Positions 13,051 through 26,419 of a DNA stretch of 64,000 nucleotides are shown here, piece by piece. The stretch is taken from contig CM069141.1 in assembly GCA_035221665.1 (NCBI GenBank), positions 30,504,001 through 30,568,000 of the forward strand. Reading direction: 5' to 3'. Source of the DNA: Okamejei kenojei (Eukaryota). Made by a program: the position numbers and the translations under genes. The notes beneath the pieces were generated by a model. That model did no database searches. It was not told the DNA's origin and saw only the letters and a list, made by a program, of their open reading frames with translations. How positions within the stretch are numbered: the first letter of the stretch is position 1; every line of letters starts with the position of its first letter.

Positions 13051-14982
13051 ACTTGGAATCATAAAGTCTTACAGTACGGAACAAGGTTAATTGGCCCATC
13101 AAGACGGTGCTGATCATCAAACACTGATCTACCCTAATCCCTTTTTTCACTATCCCCTTATTCCCATCAACTCCCTCAGTGCGCCTGTTTCTGCATTACA
13201 AGATTCTCTACTTTTAATAAGGGGCAGGTGCCTGAAATTTAACCCTCCTACAATCGGTAACTTCCCCTAAAGTTTCATTGCAGACACACAACTAACATCT
13301 CAGCATTATTAGTGTCAAATCCCATCAACTACACATCGGCATCAAAGTAATTGTTGAGCTCAAAATGCCTCTACGACCTGATAATGTGACGTTAGAAGGT
13401 CCGTCATAACTGTACCACAGTAACTCTGTCTGGAACACATCAGATTAATTGTTCTCAACGTCAACAAAGTGCGGAAGTTCATGTAAATAATTCAGTGACA
13501 AAGACAGTAAGACAGGGGTCTTCCCTTTATGTGGGAAAATGATATTACTTCAAGGTCAGGTTTGATGAAGTACGTCATTCAGCTCTCTGTTGGTCACACA
13601 GATGTCTGAGGCTTTACAACATTCCAGACTACTTTAGCCAAGTTTTGGGCTAATTTATAACCATATAGCTTTATCTAATTTTCCAGTACAGCCATATTCA
13701 ACCATATTGCATATATCAAGCTAATTTCTGTTAAACAAAAAAAAAAGATAGGCAAGGGACTGGAAGAATTTTATTTTAACTAACTGACATGCCAGCATTT
13801 CCTATTTATAAGTGGAGTATTATATCCCTATCTTTAATAAAAATAATAAATCATTATTTTACATTACTGTGTTTTATAGTTTCCATCCAAGTAATGGAGG
13901 TTGTAAATTTTAACGTTAGTAAATGCTTAATTTTTATGGAGGCACACAGCTGCAAATCATTTTTTTCTACTAGCATATTTCCCAATCCAGTCAGCCACAA
14001 GAAGTAGTATGCTGCTTCATCTTCGCAGTTTGGAAATGACTAACCAAACCTCACAGCACTGATCTCTGTTGCTGCTATTAAAGATAATATTATGATTTAT
14101 TATTTAAATAAATGTCATTGTGCAGAGATTGAAAAGGTGCTGTGTTGGGTGGTATGGCATCCTGCCAGCTATTTTAAAATTTCCAAACATAATGTCACTT
14201 CATTTTATAATCGTGCTGGAAAAAAAATACCATCATGATTTCTATCTACAGTTTCTGAAACTTACCAAACCTATGTTCGTATATAAACTGTGACTTGCAA
14301 TGTCAGCAGGATTATTTTTGAAATATGTACTGGCGTCAAAATGCCTGGGTTGATGGGATCTTTATTTTAATATTTTAACATGCACTCCGTGAATGCCTTG
14401 ACTCTAATATTCAATGTCTCTTATTTTGCTTTGGAAATGGTGGCGCCTGCCTGTGTAATATATGCAAAGCGATTTTCACTGTGAAATTGCATATGTGACA
14501 AATAAAGCACTATTGAACAATATTTAGGATACAACCAGGTCCTACCTGGATTATAATGGACAGGGTTGCCTGGATTTCTATGACTGAATCTCCAAATGTT
14601 ACACATTAAGTCACCACAAAGACTCTCTTTGGTCCAGAGCTATAGGTTGAAGAGAATATAATTGTCATTCATATTCCAGTACAATCATTGAAATTTGAGG
14701 AACGTTGGCTCTGCAGTGTTGTTTACGAACACTGGACAGTTTCCCATTAGATCTTAACATGTTCATTTTGGCTTCCCAAACCCCTGGCAGCACCTGCATC
14801 AAAGATTATTTAAGGTTCAGCTATTATCTGGTGCATTTGTTCAAATATCACAGAAACATGAGATTTCCAACCATCTATCATAGCAATCTATCCACCATCT
14901 ACCCCATCTGCGGAAATGGCTGTGATTCCCACATTGGTACCAAATAATAAATAATCGTTGGTCACACGGGATTTCCTATGAT

Positions 14983-15045
14983 TGACACAAAATGCTGGAG
15001 TAACTCAGCAGGACGGGCAACATCTCTGGATAGAAGGATTGGGTG
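14983..15045 (-). mobile_element. Penelope-derived repeat fragment
   Basis: gacacaaaatgctggagtaactcagcagg...agaagga. Confidence 0.8.
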
Positions 15046-15169
15046 CATAGCAGCTTCCAGAAAACTGACAAGTGATAAATGAAGCATGATCAAGACTTTT
15101 TACCTTTTTCTTTCTTTCTCACCCCAGCCCTCAAACCATTGGAAAGGAGTAGCACTGGGTCACTGCACA

Positions 15170-15770
15170 GAGTCAAACAGCATTGAAACTTGCCCATCAG
15201 CGCTATTCATCCATGTGCTACTCATTCATCTAAGCTAGCCCCATTCACTAGTGTTTGGCCCATATCCCTCTGAGCTTTTCCTATCCATGTGCCTGTCCTA
15301 ATGTTTTTGCAGAGAAGGAATGGGTGACGTTTTAAACATCACCCCTTCTCTCCAGAGATGCTGCCTGTCCCGTTGAGTTACTCCAGCTTTTTGTGTCTAT
15401 CTTCGGTTTAAACCAGCATCTGCAGTTCCTTCCTACAAATGACTTTTCAATTATGTTATTTTACATGCCTCAACTACTTTCTCTGGCAATGCCCTCTATG
15501 TGAAAAAGTTGCTCCTCAGGATTCTATTACATTTTTCCCCTCTTACCTTAAATCTATGTACTTCTTGTTCTTGATTTCCCTACTCTGGGAAAAAGACTGT
15601 CCATTCGCTCTATCTGTTCCTTTCATGATTTAATTCAGCTATGTATAAGTTCACCCCTCAGCCTATTGCAATCCAAGGAAGAAAGTCCTAGCCTGCCCTA
15701 CGTATACCTGTAGTTCTGCCCCTCAGTTCCTGACAACATCCCCGTAAATCTTGTCTGCATTCATCTTGCA
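15170..15770 (-). mobile_element. CR1 3' fragment interrupted by a Penelope-derived insertion
   Basis: CR1 tail and ORF2-end motifs on the minus strand on both sides of 15310-15437. Confidence 0.7.
15310..15437 (+). mobile_element. Penelope-derived repeat with short 5' inverted arm
   Basis: agagaaggaatgggtgacgttt / aaacatcaccccttctct fold-back, then the canonical 3' end ...gcagttccttcctaca. Confidence 0.85.
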
Positions 15771-16045
15771 GTGAACAGCTTAAAAAAATTATTTTAGATA
15801 CAGATACACCAAGATACAGTATAATTCTAATGATCCACTACCCAATAGTTTAGAAATCATGATAGTTCGGCCTCTGTCTCACTGGGTGCTGATTCCAATG
15901 CTCTCTCTAATACACTGGGATCCCAATTCCTGTGCCCTCTTTAACATCACATGGGCCCCAGCTCCTGCTTTCCTTTAACTCCATGGAGCCTGGTTCCAGC
16001 ATTCCCTTTTTCAGACTTGATCTGAAACAGTCTGAGCAACAGTCT

Positions 16046-16132
16046 GAGTCTGAAGATGGGTCTTGACTCCAAACGTCACCCTCAAGAGATGCAGCCTGTC
16101 CCACCGAGTTATTCCAGCATATGTGTCTATCT
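16046..16132 (+). mobile_element. Penelope-derived repeat with degenerate hammerhead motif
   Basis: gtctgaagatgggtcttgactccaaacgtcacc... Confidence 0.8.
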
Positions 16133-16714
16133 TAGCGCGTGAAATGTTTGCTACAGAACTATTGACAATCCTGTACCGCATTTGGCAAGAGTAAATGATC
16201 TTTCTTAAGCTTATGGGTAGTGACTCAACACATAAATTACATCTTGACATATTAATGCCTTTGGAAGGGTTAGCCATAATCAAACTACAGTTAAAATCAA
16301 AGTGCTCCTATCACCCACCCACGCCTTATCCAACTGTTTATTTTTCCAATTCACGCAAAGAAATGACGACATTTTTGCTCTTCATCCACTCCCTAAATAA
16401 TGACTTTAAAATCAACAACATGCTTTTCTTGCTGTAGCCAAGAGCCGGGTGTAGTGCAGAAATTCACAGTCGTTGTGGCAGGGGTTAGTCTTTTTCAGGT
16501 CATCGAGGGAACAATCGGCATCAGCATTGAACAAACACTGATTAACGGACTGATAATCTGCTGATCATTATTTGATGAGAATTTATTTTTAATAAATTGA
16601 AAACCATTAAGATTCTGTTTAACCAGCGAGTGTGATATGCATTACCTGCCAGAGAGACCTGTGCGTGACAGCTAGTAAGATTGCATATGATCTGTTAGTA
16701 CAATTTAGATAGTT

Positions 16715-17000
16715 CAAACAGCCCAGACCATCACACAAACCAACCTCCTTTCCATTGACCCCATTTACTCCTCACGCTGCCTCAGCAAGACCACCAGCAT
16801 AATCAAGGATGGGTTGCACCCCAACCACTACCTCTTCTCTCCTGTACAAGTTCAAGAGAGTATTCATCAACTTACCGAATCTCCTCAGTCTTCTAAGGAA
16901 GTAGTGGCGTTGATGGGCTTTCTTTATGATTGTATCAATGTGCTGAGTCCAGGACAGATCTTCGGAGATCTGCATGCCCAGGAATTTGATGTTTTGATCT
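16715..17000. mobile_element. Two Rex1 fragments in opposite orientation
   Basis: 16715-16842 (+) AQTITQTNLLSID...IIKD. 16843-17000 (-) QISEDLSWTQHIDTIIKKAHQRHYFLRRLRRFG. Confidence 0.85.
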
Positions 17001-18039
17001 CTATCTACAAGAAATAAGGGAGCCTCATCTTTACAAGTCTGATGTTATTGTGAGGAGCACTTTGACATAGAAACAATCTAAAAAAAATGCTGCACTGGAA
17101 CCCTACATCTTTGGTTGATACCTCTCTCGCCGTCCATTCCTGTCACTTGCATTTTCCTTGATGTTAGTATCTGCTGTAATAACTCTTTGGCCAGCCTCAA
17201 TGCAAGGAACTTCATAAGCGTGCTTCCCTTTCGGCCTTCCTGCCCACGGTCTCTTGTTGAATGAGGTCATGCCTCAAAACAGTCGTTTTTCACTTTACCA
17301 CATGTACAAAAGCCAGCTGGCACACTCATCCAGATTAATAATCAACATCATTATTGTTCTCTCAAGAAAGAGGAAAAATCACATGAAAAGAAAATAACAA
17401 TCGTTTCCACTTGTGCCATAAGTGAGAGGAAGCCTATTTCAGCCGCCATATAGTATGCTATTATTAGACAGTAGGCTTTACAGGAGTGATAAGGAATGTT
17501 AACGTCTCTAACAGCACTGAAAACATTGCAAATCATTCTCATTTCATTGCACTTCTCTCTTCCTCTCCACATTCATAGATGCCGCTCAATAGATATAAAA
17601 ATCACTTTGCAGCCTTTTCCTGTTTTCCCAAGTTTCTCCTGAGTTACTTTCCATCTAATTTACCATTTGTTTCACTTCATCAAATTAAATAAGTATCTTC
17701 CTCTGTCAAAATAATGGGAATGATTTTTATGTCAGCAAACAAGTGTTCCTATACTGTAAAATCCAATCCTTTTTAATAAATATATTAAGAATAGATCTCT
17801 GAGTGGTGCAGGAATGACTCAGTGACCACTCACATAATTAGGCCCAAATGGGTCAATATTTCAGGCACAGATATCTATTTTAAAATTTCTACCCTTCCTG
17901 TTTTCGGAGTTTTTGAAATATTCTGGCCATTATGCTTTTTCCAACCAACATCGTCAAATATTGTCCAGGAATTTTTAAAATAATTAACTATTTTTAGAAA
18001 CTGGAAATGCATCAAATTCTAACCATCAAATGTGAAAAG

Positions 18040-18142
18040 ACTTGGATAGAAAGGGTTTAGAGCAATATGGACCAAATGGGACTTGCTTAGATGGGGCATC
18101 TTGGTCGGGATGGATGAGTTGGGGCATAGGGCCTATGATTCT
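18040..18142 (+). mobile_element. CR1 3' tail fragment
   Basis: ggatagaaagggtttagagcaatatggaccaaatgg...gggccta resembles the CR1 ends elsewhere in the window. Confidence 0.65.
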
Positions 18143-19002
18143 AACAAACTATTGCGAAGTTGTTTTTGTGCATCAGAATATGTCCAATCATATAAACAGA
18201 TTTTCTTTTTAGCATATCTTTTGATTCGTAACATCACAATGTGATCAAGAACGAGGACATCTTCTGTATCCGAGAGGCTGCAGGAAAATATTTCAGATGT
18301 ATCCAATTTCTACATTACTTGTATAAGATGGTGAAACAGTTGCTAATGTATTCCTATAAAAATCAGCAATTTGAAAAGCTGTCTTATATCAGGAAATTAG
18401 ATTTGTGATGGAAATGAGAACTACTGATTGTGTTTTGTCCATGAATGCTTGCTACAGAACACCAGGGTGACACACACCACATTTTGTGCAACTATTTTCT
18501 CTATATAAATCTGTGCAAATTAAGACACACAATTATCAACAGACAGCCAAGGCTGAAACGCAGATTATCAGTCCAAAGCCATTCTTACATAATCCACATC
18601 TCTCCTTTTTTTCCATGTTCATCTCTTTCACAGTACTGCAGTTCGTCATTGCATTTTCAAATTATTATTTGCTCCTAGGTACTAATTCTATTTGAAGCCA
18701 TTGCATTTCCAACCATTATCACATTTTCTCCCCCTTGTTACCAAGAACGCAGCCATTCCTCTTTGGTGGCAGCTAACATGGTGTTACAAATCTAATTATT
18801 TTCTATCTTCATGCAAAATGAACTGCAATCATTATTTTTATTTTTAATTGTCATTAAATTTGTTTTAAACACAACACATTTAGAACATAATCCCTGCAAT
18901 GTCTTCTAAATACTTAAATATGTTATACAATGAAGACCAGGTCATTATATAATATGATATTATTCCAGGATCTCTCGAGTAACATCTTAATTGTTCCCTT
19001 TC

Positions 19003-19031
19003 CCTCCCCCCCCCCCCCCCCCCCCTCCCCC
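19003..19031. repeat. Poly-C tract
   Basis: Near-pure C run. Confidence 0.9.
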
Positions 19032-20519
19032 ATCAACTCTGGAGTTGTTTAACCCTGACAAGTTCCAGGAATCATCATTGTTTTGTCTGAGGATGTTTAT
19101 TCATATGATGGAGAAGATTTGGTGCAAGTTTTGTTCTTAGACTGACCTTCTGGATTGAAGATAACTTGCTTCATTTCCGTTATGTGGGATATTTAGTGTT
19201 TCGTGAGGCTGATACTTCTCACAGGTACAGCCATTTGCAAGTCATTCTTCACCATCTTTTCAATAGACATTTTGTGTATCATTGCAGAGGGACTATTCTG
19301 TTTCATCGAGCTTCCTCAAGTTTAGGGGAATGCCTAGAGTCCATCAGGTGATCAAATAGCTTCTGAAAATATGCATTTGTACTTTCAGTAGCTGTTTAAT
19401 CAATGTATCTGATGGGCCCCTTGTCGTTCCCCTGAACCTATGCTATTTAGCATAGACAGCTCTATTTAAGATGGAAGTTCTTTCTCAAGTTGTTGTGGAG
19501 GATATATTCAATGGTAACTAAATCCCAGTGTATTTGGTGCCTAGTTAATTTACAGACCTACTCTGTGCTGTGAGAGTGCGCTGTTAAGGCCCACAGAATA
19601 TTGGCATGGGAATATCTAGAATTTAAGGTATTCTTGCAAAGAATCCCAACTTCATATGCCTATAATCCTATACCCTTCCAGAGTCCACCGATAACATCTT
19701 AATAGCATCTCCCCAATCCCTCTCTCCTCTTTAGGCTGGCTATCTTCCCTCTCCATTCTAGATCCTGATGCAGAGTTTTGGCCCAAAAGGTTGACCATTA
19801 ATTTCCATCCTGCTGCACGGGCCACTACGTTTCTCCAGTAGATTGTTTGTTGATACTTGCAAAGAGGGTCAATTGTTGATTCTGTTCTTTTGCCTCTTCA
19901 GTTCAATCTCTGCTTTTGTCACAGTAAGACAAAAATTAAAAAAAACATATTCTTCAATTTCAAGATGAGAGAAAAATGTCTATATTTTTCTATTTTGAGA
20001 AAAAAAATCTATTTACTGCAGCAAGTTCTGGTGCATGATGTATTCAGGTGGTGCTGTCATTAGCTGATAATTCCTTGACCTTTTGTGAAGTATGGACGTC
20101 TGTGTATTTAATTAAATAAAATATTGCAAAGATAATCACTCCATTCCATGACAGAGTGGAATGGGGTCTTCAATGCCGATTGGAGAGGAAGAAGCAGTTG
20201 TTAGAATTAATTTCATGTACATTTTTCGTCCTCACTAATTCCCAGCACAGATAATCTTTGTGCCTGACTTCTAGTTTCTACTTTAGAATTTATATATCCA
20301 CAAGATATAGTTATAATATATAATGTTAGTTAAATATGGTTGAAACAAGTAAAATAACTAGTTTGGAATTTATGTGAGCAAACTTGTCCATTGCCTCGCT
20401 GTCCAAAAAGTCAACATTCCTATTGTGGTTCACAACTAATGGTAATTGATAAGAAATGTTGTAAAATATTATAATCTCCCACAATACCTAAGATGTATTG
20501 CAAACATTAAAGAAAAAAA

Positions 20520-20812
20520 GAGAGACACGGGGAACTGCAAATGAGAGAATCTTGAGTAAAACACAGTGCTGGAGTAACTTGAATGATCAGGAGGCCTCAG
20601 TGGAAGGAATAGATGGGCTTCACTTTGGATCAGCACCATTCTTCAGACTCAGATAAGGAGAGAAGAGGAGTGAAATGGAAAGACAGAGGGAGCCATACAG
20701 GTTGAAGGGGTGGGATGTAAGTGGGATGGTGTAGTGGAATAAATTGGTGCACACCAAGGGGGAGAGGGAGGCAGGAGGGGGATGTTACATAAAATTGAAG
20801 AATTCAATGTAA
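20520..20812 (-). mobile_element. Older Penelope-like 3' fragment
   Basis: Reverse complement of ~20780-20810 gives IEFFNFM*. Degenerate terminal repeat with cttcagac at ~20641. Confidence 0.65.
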
Positions 20813-20980
20813 AAAAAACAACAACCATGCATACTACTGCTGAGCCCTTTGGTTAGGCCAGGCAGAAAATACTAAAGAGAAGACTGGAAGGCAATTCCCA
20901 CTTCTAAGGCGAACATATCATCTGTGATAGGGATTGAAGGAGGCCAAAAGATATGTACATAAAATTAATACTATAGTTGC

Positions 20981-21062
20981 TTTTTCCTCTCTGTTCTGCA
21001 TTAGAAACTCCCTATTCTACCCTGGCTGAGAATAGAATGATACTATTTGCAATCTTCTTTAC

Positions 21063-21142
<80 letters not shown>

Positions 21143-21224
21143 AAGAAGATTGGTGCATATAGTATCATTCTATTCTCAGCCAGGGTAGAATAGGGAGTTT
21201 CTAATGCAGAACAGAGAGGAAAAA
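20981..21224. repeat. Long inverted repeat around a (TA)n microsatellite
   Basis: 20981-21046 is the exact reverse complement of 21159-21224 (66 bp). Arms continue imperfectly inward to a (TA)n tract of about 70 bp at 21066-21135. Confidence 0.95.
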
Positions 21225-21357
21225 TATATATATACCCCCCCCTGTCCACATACGTTGGAGAACAGACCCTCGTGCCAGGTTTCTTCTGTCACTCCTTCAC
21301 AGACAATCCAATAAAATTATGAGTAAAATGAATCAAATGCATCAGCATTAAAATTGT

Positions 21358-21420
21358 GGATATAAATGACATCTAAATGATTTGAATGAGAATGTAGGTG
21401 GTCTGATTAGTAAGTTTGCA
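21358..21420 (+). mobile_element. Small CR1 RT fragment
   Basis: NDLNENVGGLISKFA, near-identical to ~23761-23808. Confidence 0.7.
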
Positions 21421-21487
21421 TCCCCACTGAGGGGTGTTCATTAGTGCAATCTCTTGTATTGTGAACCCACTCTATAGGAACAAAGAC

Positions 21488-21674
21488 ACAAAATGCTGGA
21501 GTAACTCAGCGGGACAGGCAGCATCTCTGGAGAGAAGGAATGGGTAACGTTTCGGATCGAGACCCAAAACGGCACCTATTCCTTCTCTCCAGAGATGCTG
21601 CCTGTCCCACTAAGTTCCTCCAGCATTTTGTGTCTATCTTCGGTTTAAACCAGCATCTGCAGTTCCTTCCTACA
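21488..21674. mobile_element. Penelope-derived inverted (fold-back) insertion with 16-bp TSD
   Basis: CTATAGGAACAAAGAC at 21472-21487 and 21675-21690. Arms of about 70 bp meet within hammerhead stem II. Confidence 0.92.
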
Positions 21675-22816
21675 CTATAGGAACAAAGACCTGTGTTAAA
21701 GGATGACTTCTCTGTCACCCTTTCCACTGTGCATGAAGAATCCAGAATTCATCCTCTCAGGTCTGCTATTTGCTGACAACCCTTATTTTTGTCATGTGGC
21801 AAGTCTACACCAATATTGTTCTAAGTAACTGTTCTTTACAAACTAAATCTGGCCATAAAATACCCAATAGGTCACTATCACCCTTTAAATGACTTGCAGA
21901 TTACACTAAAATGAAACAAACAATATTCTTTAGAACAAACACAGAATTTTGTTGTCTGGAATTTACAATCGTTTTAATCCCTTTATGAGTTAGACTGTTC
22001 CAAAATCTATCTCTTAAAGATCAGACAGAATAATATTTTCAAGACTTGCACCATTGTCAAGGAGTGTGTTTACTGCCAGTAAGTGAGACAGCGAATGATC
22101 CAACAGAAGGGAGTGATTTCAAAGTTCATTTTTCTTCTGAAGTGTTATTGTTCTTTGGCACCATTCCAATACCTTCAGCATATTCAATAGAAATGACTTG
22201 GGAACAAAACAGGCTTGTGTTTTTAACAGTGGGGAAGCATAGCAAAGGGTGCGGCAGTAATGAAGGCATGTCTATAAATCCCATTTACAGCTGATAGGAT
22301 CCTCATTCTGAAATTGGTGTTTTGGCATACGTTGGAAATCAAATTATTATTTGATTTTCTTAATTCTTTTACGCCTTGTGTTTTTTAAATGGAAATCAAA
22401 CTTAAGACAATCATTAAGTAACTAATTTGTAACGACTTCATGAATGACAGAAACTAGGCAATCCAGATATTTTAGCTTGTTAAATTCTTAAGCATGTTTA
22501 CAACAACTAGAGCTTAATTCATTTTGGTTTGTTTGAAAATAAAAGCTTTCATTGTAATAAAGTCTAGATTATTTTCATGCTAAATAAACCTTACATTAAA
22601 TACATTTTATATACTTACTGTATTTAATATAGGGTTTCAAAAGCAAGAAGCCAATTTAATCAAACTGAGAAAAAAACTTGACAATTGACAGGAGAAAACA
22701 ATTCCCTGAAGAATGGTCAGTGTAACACGTTGTCTTTTAAAAGTCGGTGCAGTTGTCAAAGCTATCATTACTGTAGTTCCCTGTACCACCAGTATACCAA
22801 GCCTGTTAATTTTCAA

Positions 22817-23006
22817 GGGTACACAAAATGCTGGAGAAACTCAGCGGGTGCAGCAGCATCTATGGAGCGAAGGAGATAGGTAACATTTCGGGCCGAAACC
22901 CTTCTTCAGACTGATGGGGGGTGAGGGGAAGAAAGGAAAAAGGAGGAGGAGGAGGAGCCCGAGGGCTGAGGGAGAGGTGGGAAGGGTATGAGACAGCAAG
23001 TGTCAA
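22817..23006 (-). mobile_element. Penelope-derived insertion with hammerhead motif and 14-bp TSD
   Basis: Reverse complement of 22877-22913 is CAGU CUGAAGA A GGGUUUCGGCCC GAAA UGUU ACCUA. CTGTTA(A/T)TTTTCAA at 22803-22816 and 23007-23020. Confidence 0.88.
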
Positions 23007-23659
23007 CTGTTATTTTTCAATTTAGGGATTTTTAGCAACAGGCTAATGTTTTATTACAGAAAGTGCAATATTAGTTTGCTTGTAAATTTGATTTGTGTTG
23101 GAGATTGAAGTTACTTTTAACTATGATATTGAAGTACCTCTGATAAATATGCTAGCTATGTTGACAAATGTTTCCAATACCCTTTGGATTTCATCTCTAG
23201 AATGCTGTTTACATTATAAAACATTCATTATTTATCATTAATAATGAATTAAAATAAAAAAAGTTATCTATAATGTACAAAAAGCACAGAAATTGTGAAT
23301 TTAATGAACTGTGAATTTATGTAATGGTTATTTGGATAGCAATTTTCACATTTTAAATCATGTTTTTTGAGTAAAACAGAATGATTAAAGGTGAGTCATT
23401 TCCAGTGTTTCAGAAAAAAAATGAGCTAATCACACATGCCTCCTTTATATTTAGCTCCAACTCCTTATTGTTATTCAGTGAGATCTGTGTCAAATATAAC
23501 CGTGTAAATCAAACTTAAAAAAACCATTGTAAAATGTTTATAAAATGTGAATATGCACATGGGAACATAAGATGGCCATGCGCTGAACGATTACTTAAAA
23601 AATGAAAATGAAAACTCTTTTTCACATCACAAATAAAATCCAGGAAATATTCCCAATTG

Positions 23660-24645
23660 TTGCAGAAAATAGAGTGGGGTTGAGAGCAAAGGAAATGTTT
23701 GTGACAAGTGATGTTACTCAAGGATCAAATCTGGGACATCTGTTGTCTGTAATATACATATAAATGATTTGAATTAGAATGTAGGTGGTCTGATTAGTAC
23801 GTTTGCAGATAACACAGACATTGGTGGATCTGCGGATAGTGAGGAACATTGTGGAAGTATTAAGCAGGATATAGATTTGTGGAAATTTGGGTAGGGAAAT
23901 GACAGCTTGATCTGCCAGGCAAGTCTGTGGTGATACTTTTAGAGGTCAAATACAAGAGGAAAATATAAAGTAAAGGCAGGACCCTTACCAGCATTGATGT
24001 TTAGATGGATATTGGGATGGAAGTTCACTACTATCTGTAAGTGTCTACACAAGGGGATAGGATGGTAAAGAAGGCTTATGGTATCCTGGCCTTCATTGGT
24101 CACAGTATAACATTTAGTTTGCGACACATTTGGAACATTATGTGCAGCTCAAGTTGCCATAGTGAATAAAGGATTCTGAGGCTTTGGAGAAGTGTGGAAG
24201 AGATTCAACGACGTTGCCTGGATTGGATCATATTAGCTATCAAGAGAGGTTGGACAAACTTGTACTGTTTTCTCTGGAGTGTTGGAGGCTTGCAGGTGAC
24301 CTGTAAAAATATATAAGATTATAAAAGGCATTAATATGGTAGATAGTCAAAGTCCTTTTCCTAGGGTTGAAATGTCAAATACTGAAGGTCAGAGGTTTAA
24401 GGTTAGAGGTGGAAAATTTAAAGGAGATATATGGGACAGGTTCCTGAAAACCATTGCTAGGGAAGGTGGGAGAAGCAGATATGATACCAATGTTTCAGAG
24501 GCATTTTAAAAGACCCATGAACAGGCAGGGTATAGAAGAATACAAAGCATGCACTATCAAATTGGAGTGGTTAATTTGGAATCATGGTTGGTGCTGACAT
24601 GGTGGGCCAAAACGGCTGTTCCTATATTATACTGTTCTATGTTCT
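23660..24645 (+). mobile_element. CR1 LINE RT and 3' end, degenerate
   Basis: QGSNLG, INDLN.NVGGLISTFADNT and LDKLVLFSLE motifs, plus tail ctgttctatgttct. Confidence 0.85.
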
Positions 24646-25947
24646 GCAGATACCAAGGTGTCCAAGTGAAACAAATGCTTACAGATTTCCAACACTTTCT
24701 ATTTTTATTCAAATTTCCAGTATCTGCGTTTTTTTTAGGTTCAATTCTTTCTTGTGTGAACATTATATTTTCCCTGCAGTTCATGCTATGTAGATTTATT
24801 CCCCTAATCACAGGTATCTCCCAGCCTAAAGATAGGTACATCAAGATCAAAACTTATGGTGAATGTGACTTAAATACGATATTCACACTTATGAATTTAG
24901 CCATGCTGAGGATAATGCATGCTCTACAAGGCCTTTTAATTTTTCTATAAGTTTGGTGACAACCATCTTGTGATATTTGATTAGAAATGCTTAGACTATA
25001 AGGGAGTCTCCAAGAGCTATATATCTGCAGTGTTGATTTTATTCAAAAAAAATAATGAAACTTGAATGTTTGGGAGATTGGGGAGGGGAGAGGAGTCATG
25101 TAGACTATGAGAGATTTAGGATGTAAATATGTCTCAACTGCAGAATCTTACAATAGACAGGAAAAGCAGTCTGTTTCCTTTAAGAGCTGAGTGCTGTTCT
25201 GGGTATAAACAGATCATGAATTCTGCTGTTGGCTTTATTACAGCAAGAGATAAAATGAGACATCACCAGATGCTTTCATTCAAGCTGGATTTATGGCCGC
25301 AAGCAAAAAAAAAGTTTAAAGATCAAGGGACGGAACTATCTGCACAGCACAAAATGTAATATTTTCTTTTGTGTTATGTTTGGCTGAAATTTAATAAAGC
25401 TCTGCTAAAATATCCACCATGAAGGAGAAAATATTTTCTTGAGAGCAAAGAAGTGGAGGGCCCAGTTTTCATCATGTCCTATTCTAGCAACACTACAGAT
25501 TAAGCAATCAATAGGATATGGCAATGGTGAAATACTTTTAAGCTTATCTCCTACCTCTGAGGTAACAGCATTCCTCATTGACATGTGTCGTGGGAATTAC
25601 TTCATGGCAATGGCATCCGCGTGTTTCAAGAATGAATCCGGTCCCTGTATCAGAGTGATAGCATGTGTCCTCTTAGCCAATGTCAAGCAAAGTATTTGTG
25701 GCACTGTGTTATCACTGTGACTGGACAAACTATTATTTAACTTGGTACATTCAGGCCCCCAAAATTGTTGCCCCTTCAATCATGGTAATTTTGGTATGAG
25801 TCTTCTGATGTACTGAATGTTCGACCAAGGATTCAGGTAAATCAAGTGATGCCCATAGATCATGGAAGGGGACAAAGGAAATGTGAAACCCTTTTCATGA
25901 ATTCCAGCTGTTCTGACTTTTAGAGGACCATAATAATAGGTTCATAA

Positions 25948-26082
25948 TGTATAGGACGGAACTGCAGATGCTGGTTTACACTGAAGATAGACACAAAATG
26001 CTGGAGTAACTCAGCAGGACAGCCAGCATCACTGGGGAGAAGGAATAGGTGACGTTTATGATTGAGGTCCTTCTTCAGACCT
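25948..26082 (-). mobile_element. Penelope-derived repeat (complete terminal unit, degenerate hammerhead motif)
   Basis: Full consensus match. TAATGTA flanks both sides. Confidence 0.88.
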
Positions 26083-26419
26083 AATGTAGTTTGTAATGTA
26101 GTTCAGTTTAGGTGAACACCACCAGCTTTGAAGGGATACAATTTATTTAATTATTTTCTAGCAGTATTTTTTTACGTTAGACATTGCATAAAAACAATAT
26201 TCTCTAAAGTTGAATGAAAACACTCCCTTTTTCCCCCGGATCCTCTGAAGTATGTGCACGGACTTCTGCTGGATGCCTGCATTCCTAACTGCAAGTATTC
26301 TATCTTCTAGAAGGTTTACTGGGGTTAGGGAGAAAGGATCCCAATGGATATAATTAAACATTGTGGGTAAAATGCAACACATATGTGAAATAAATATATT
26401 TTCGGTGTTGAGTTTGCAG

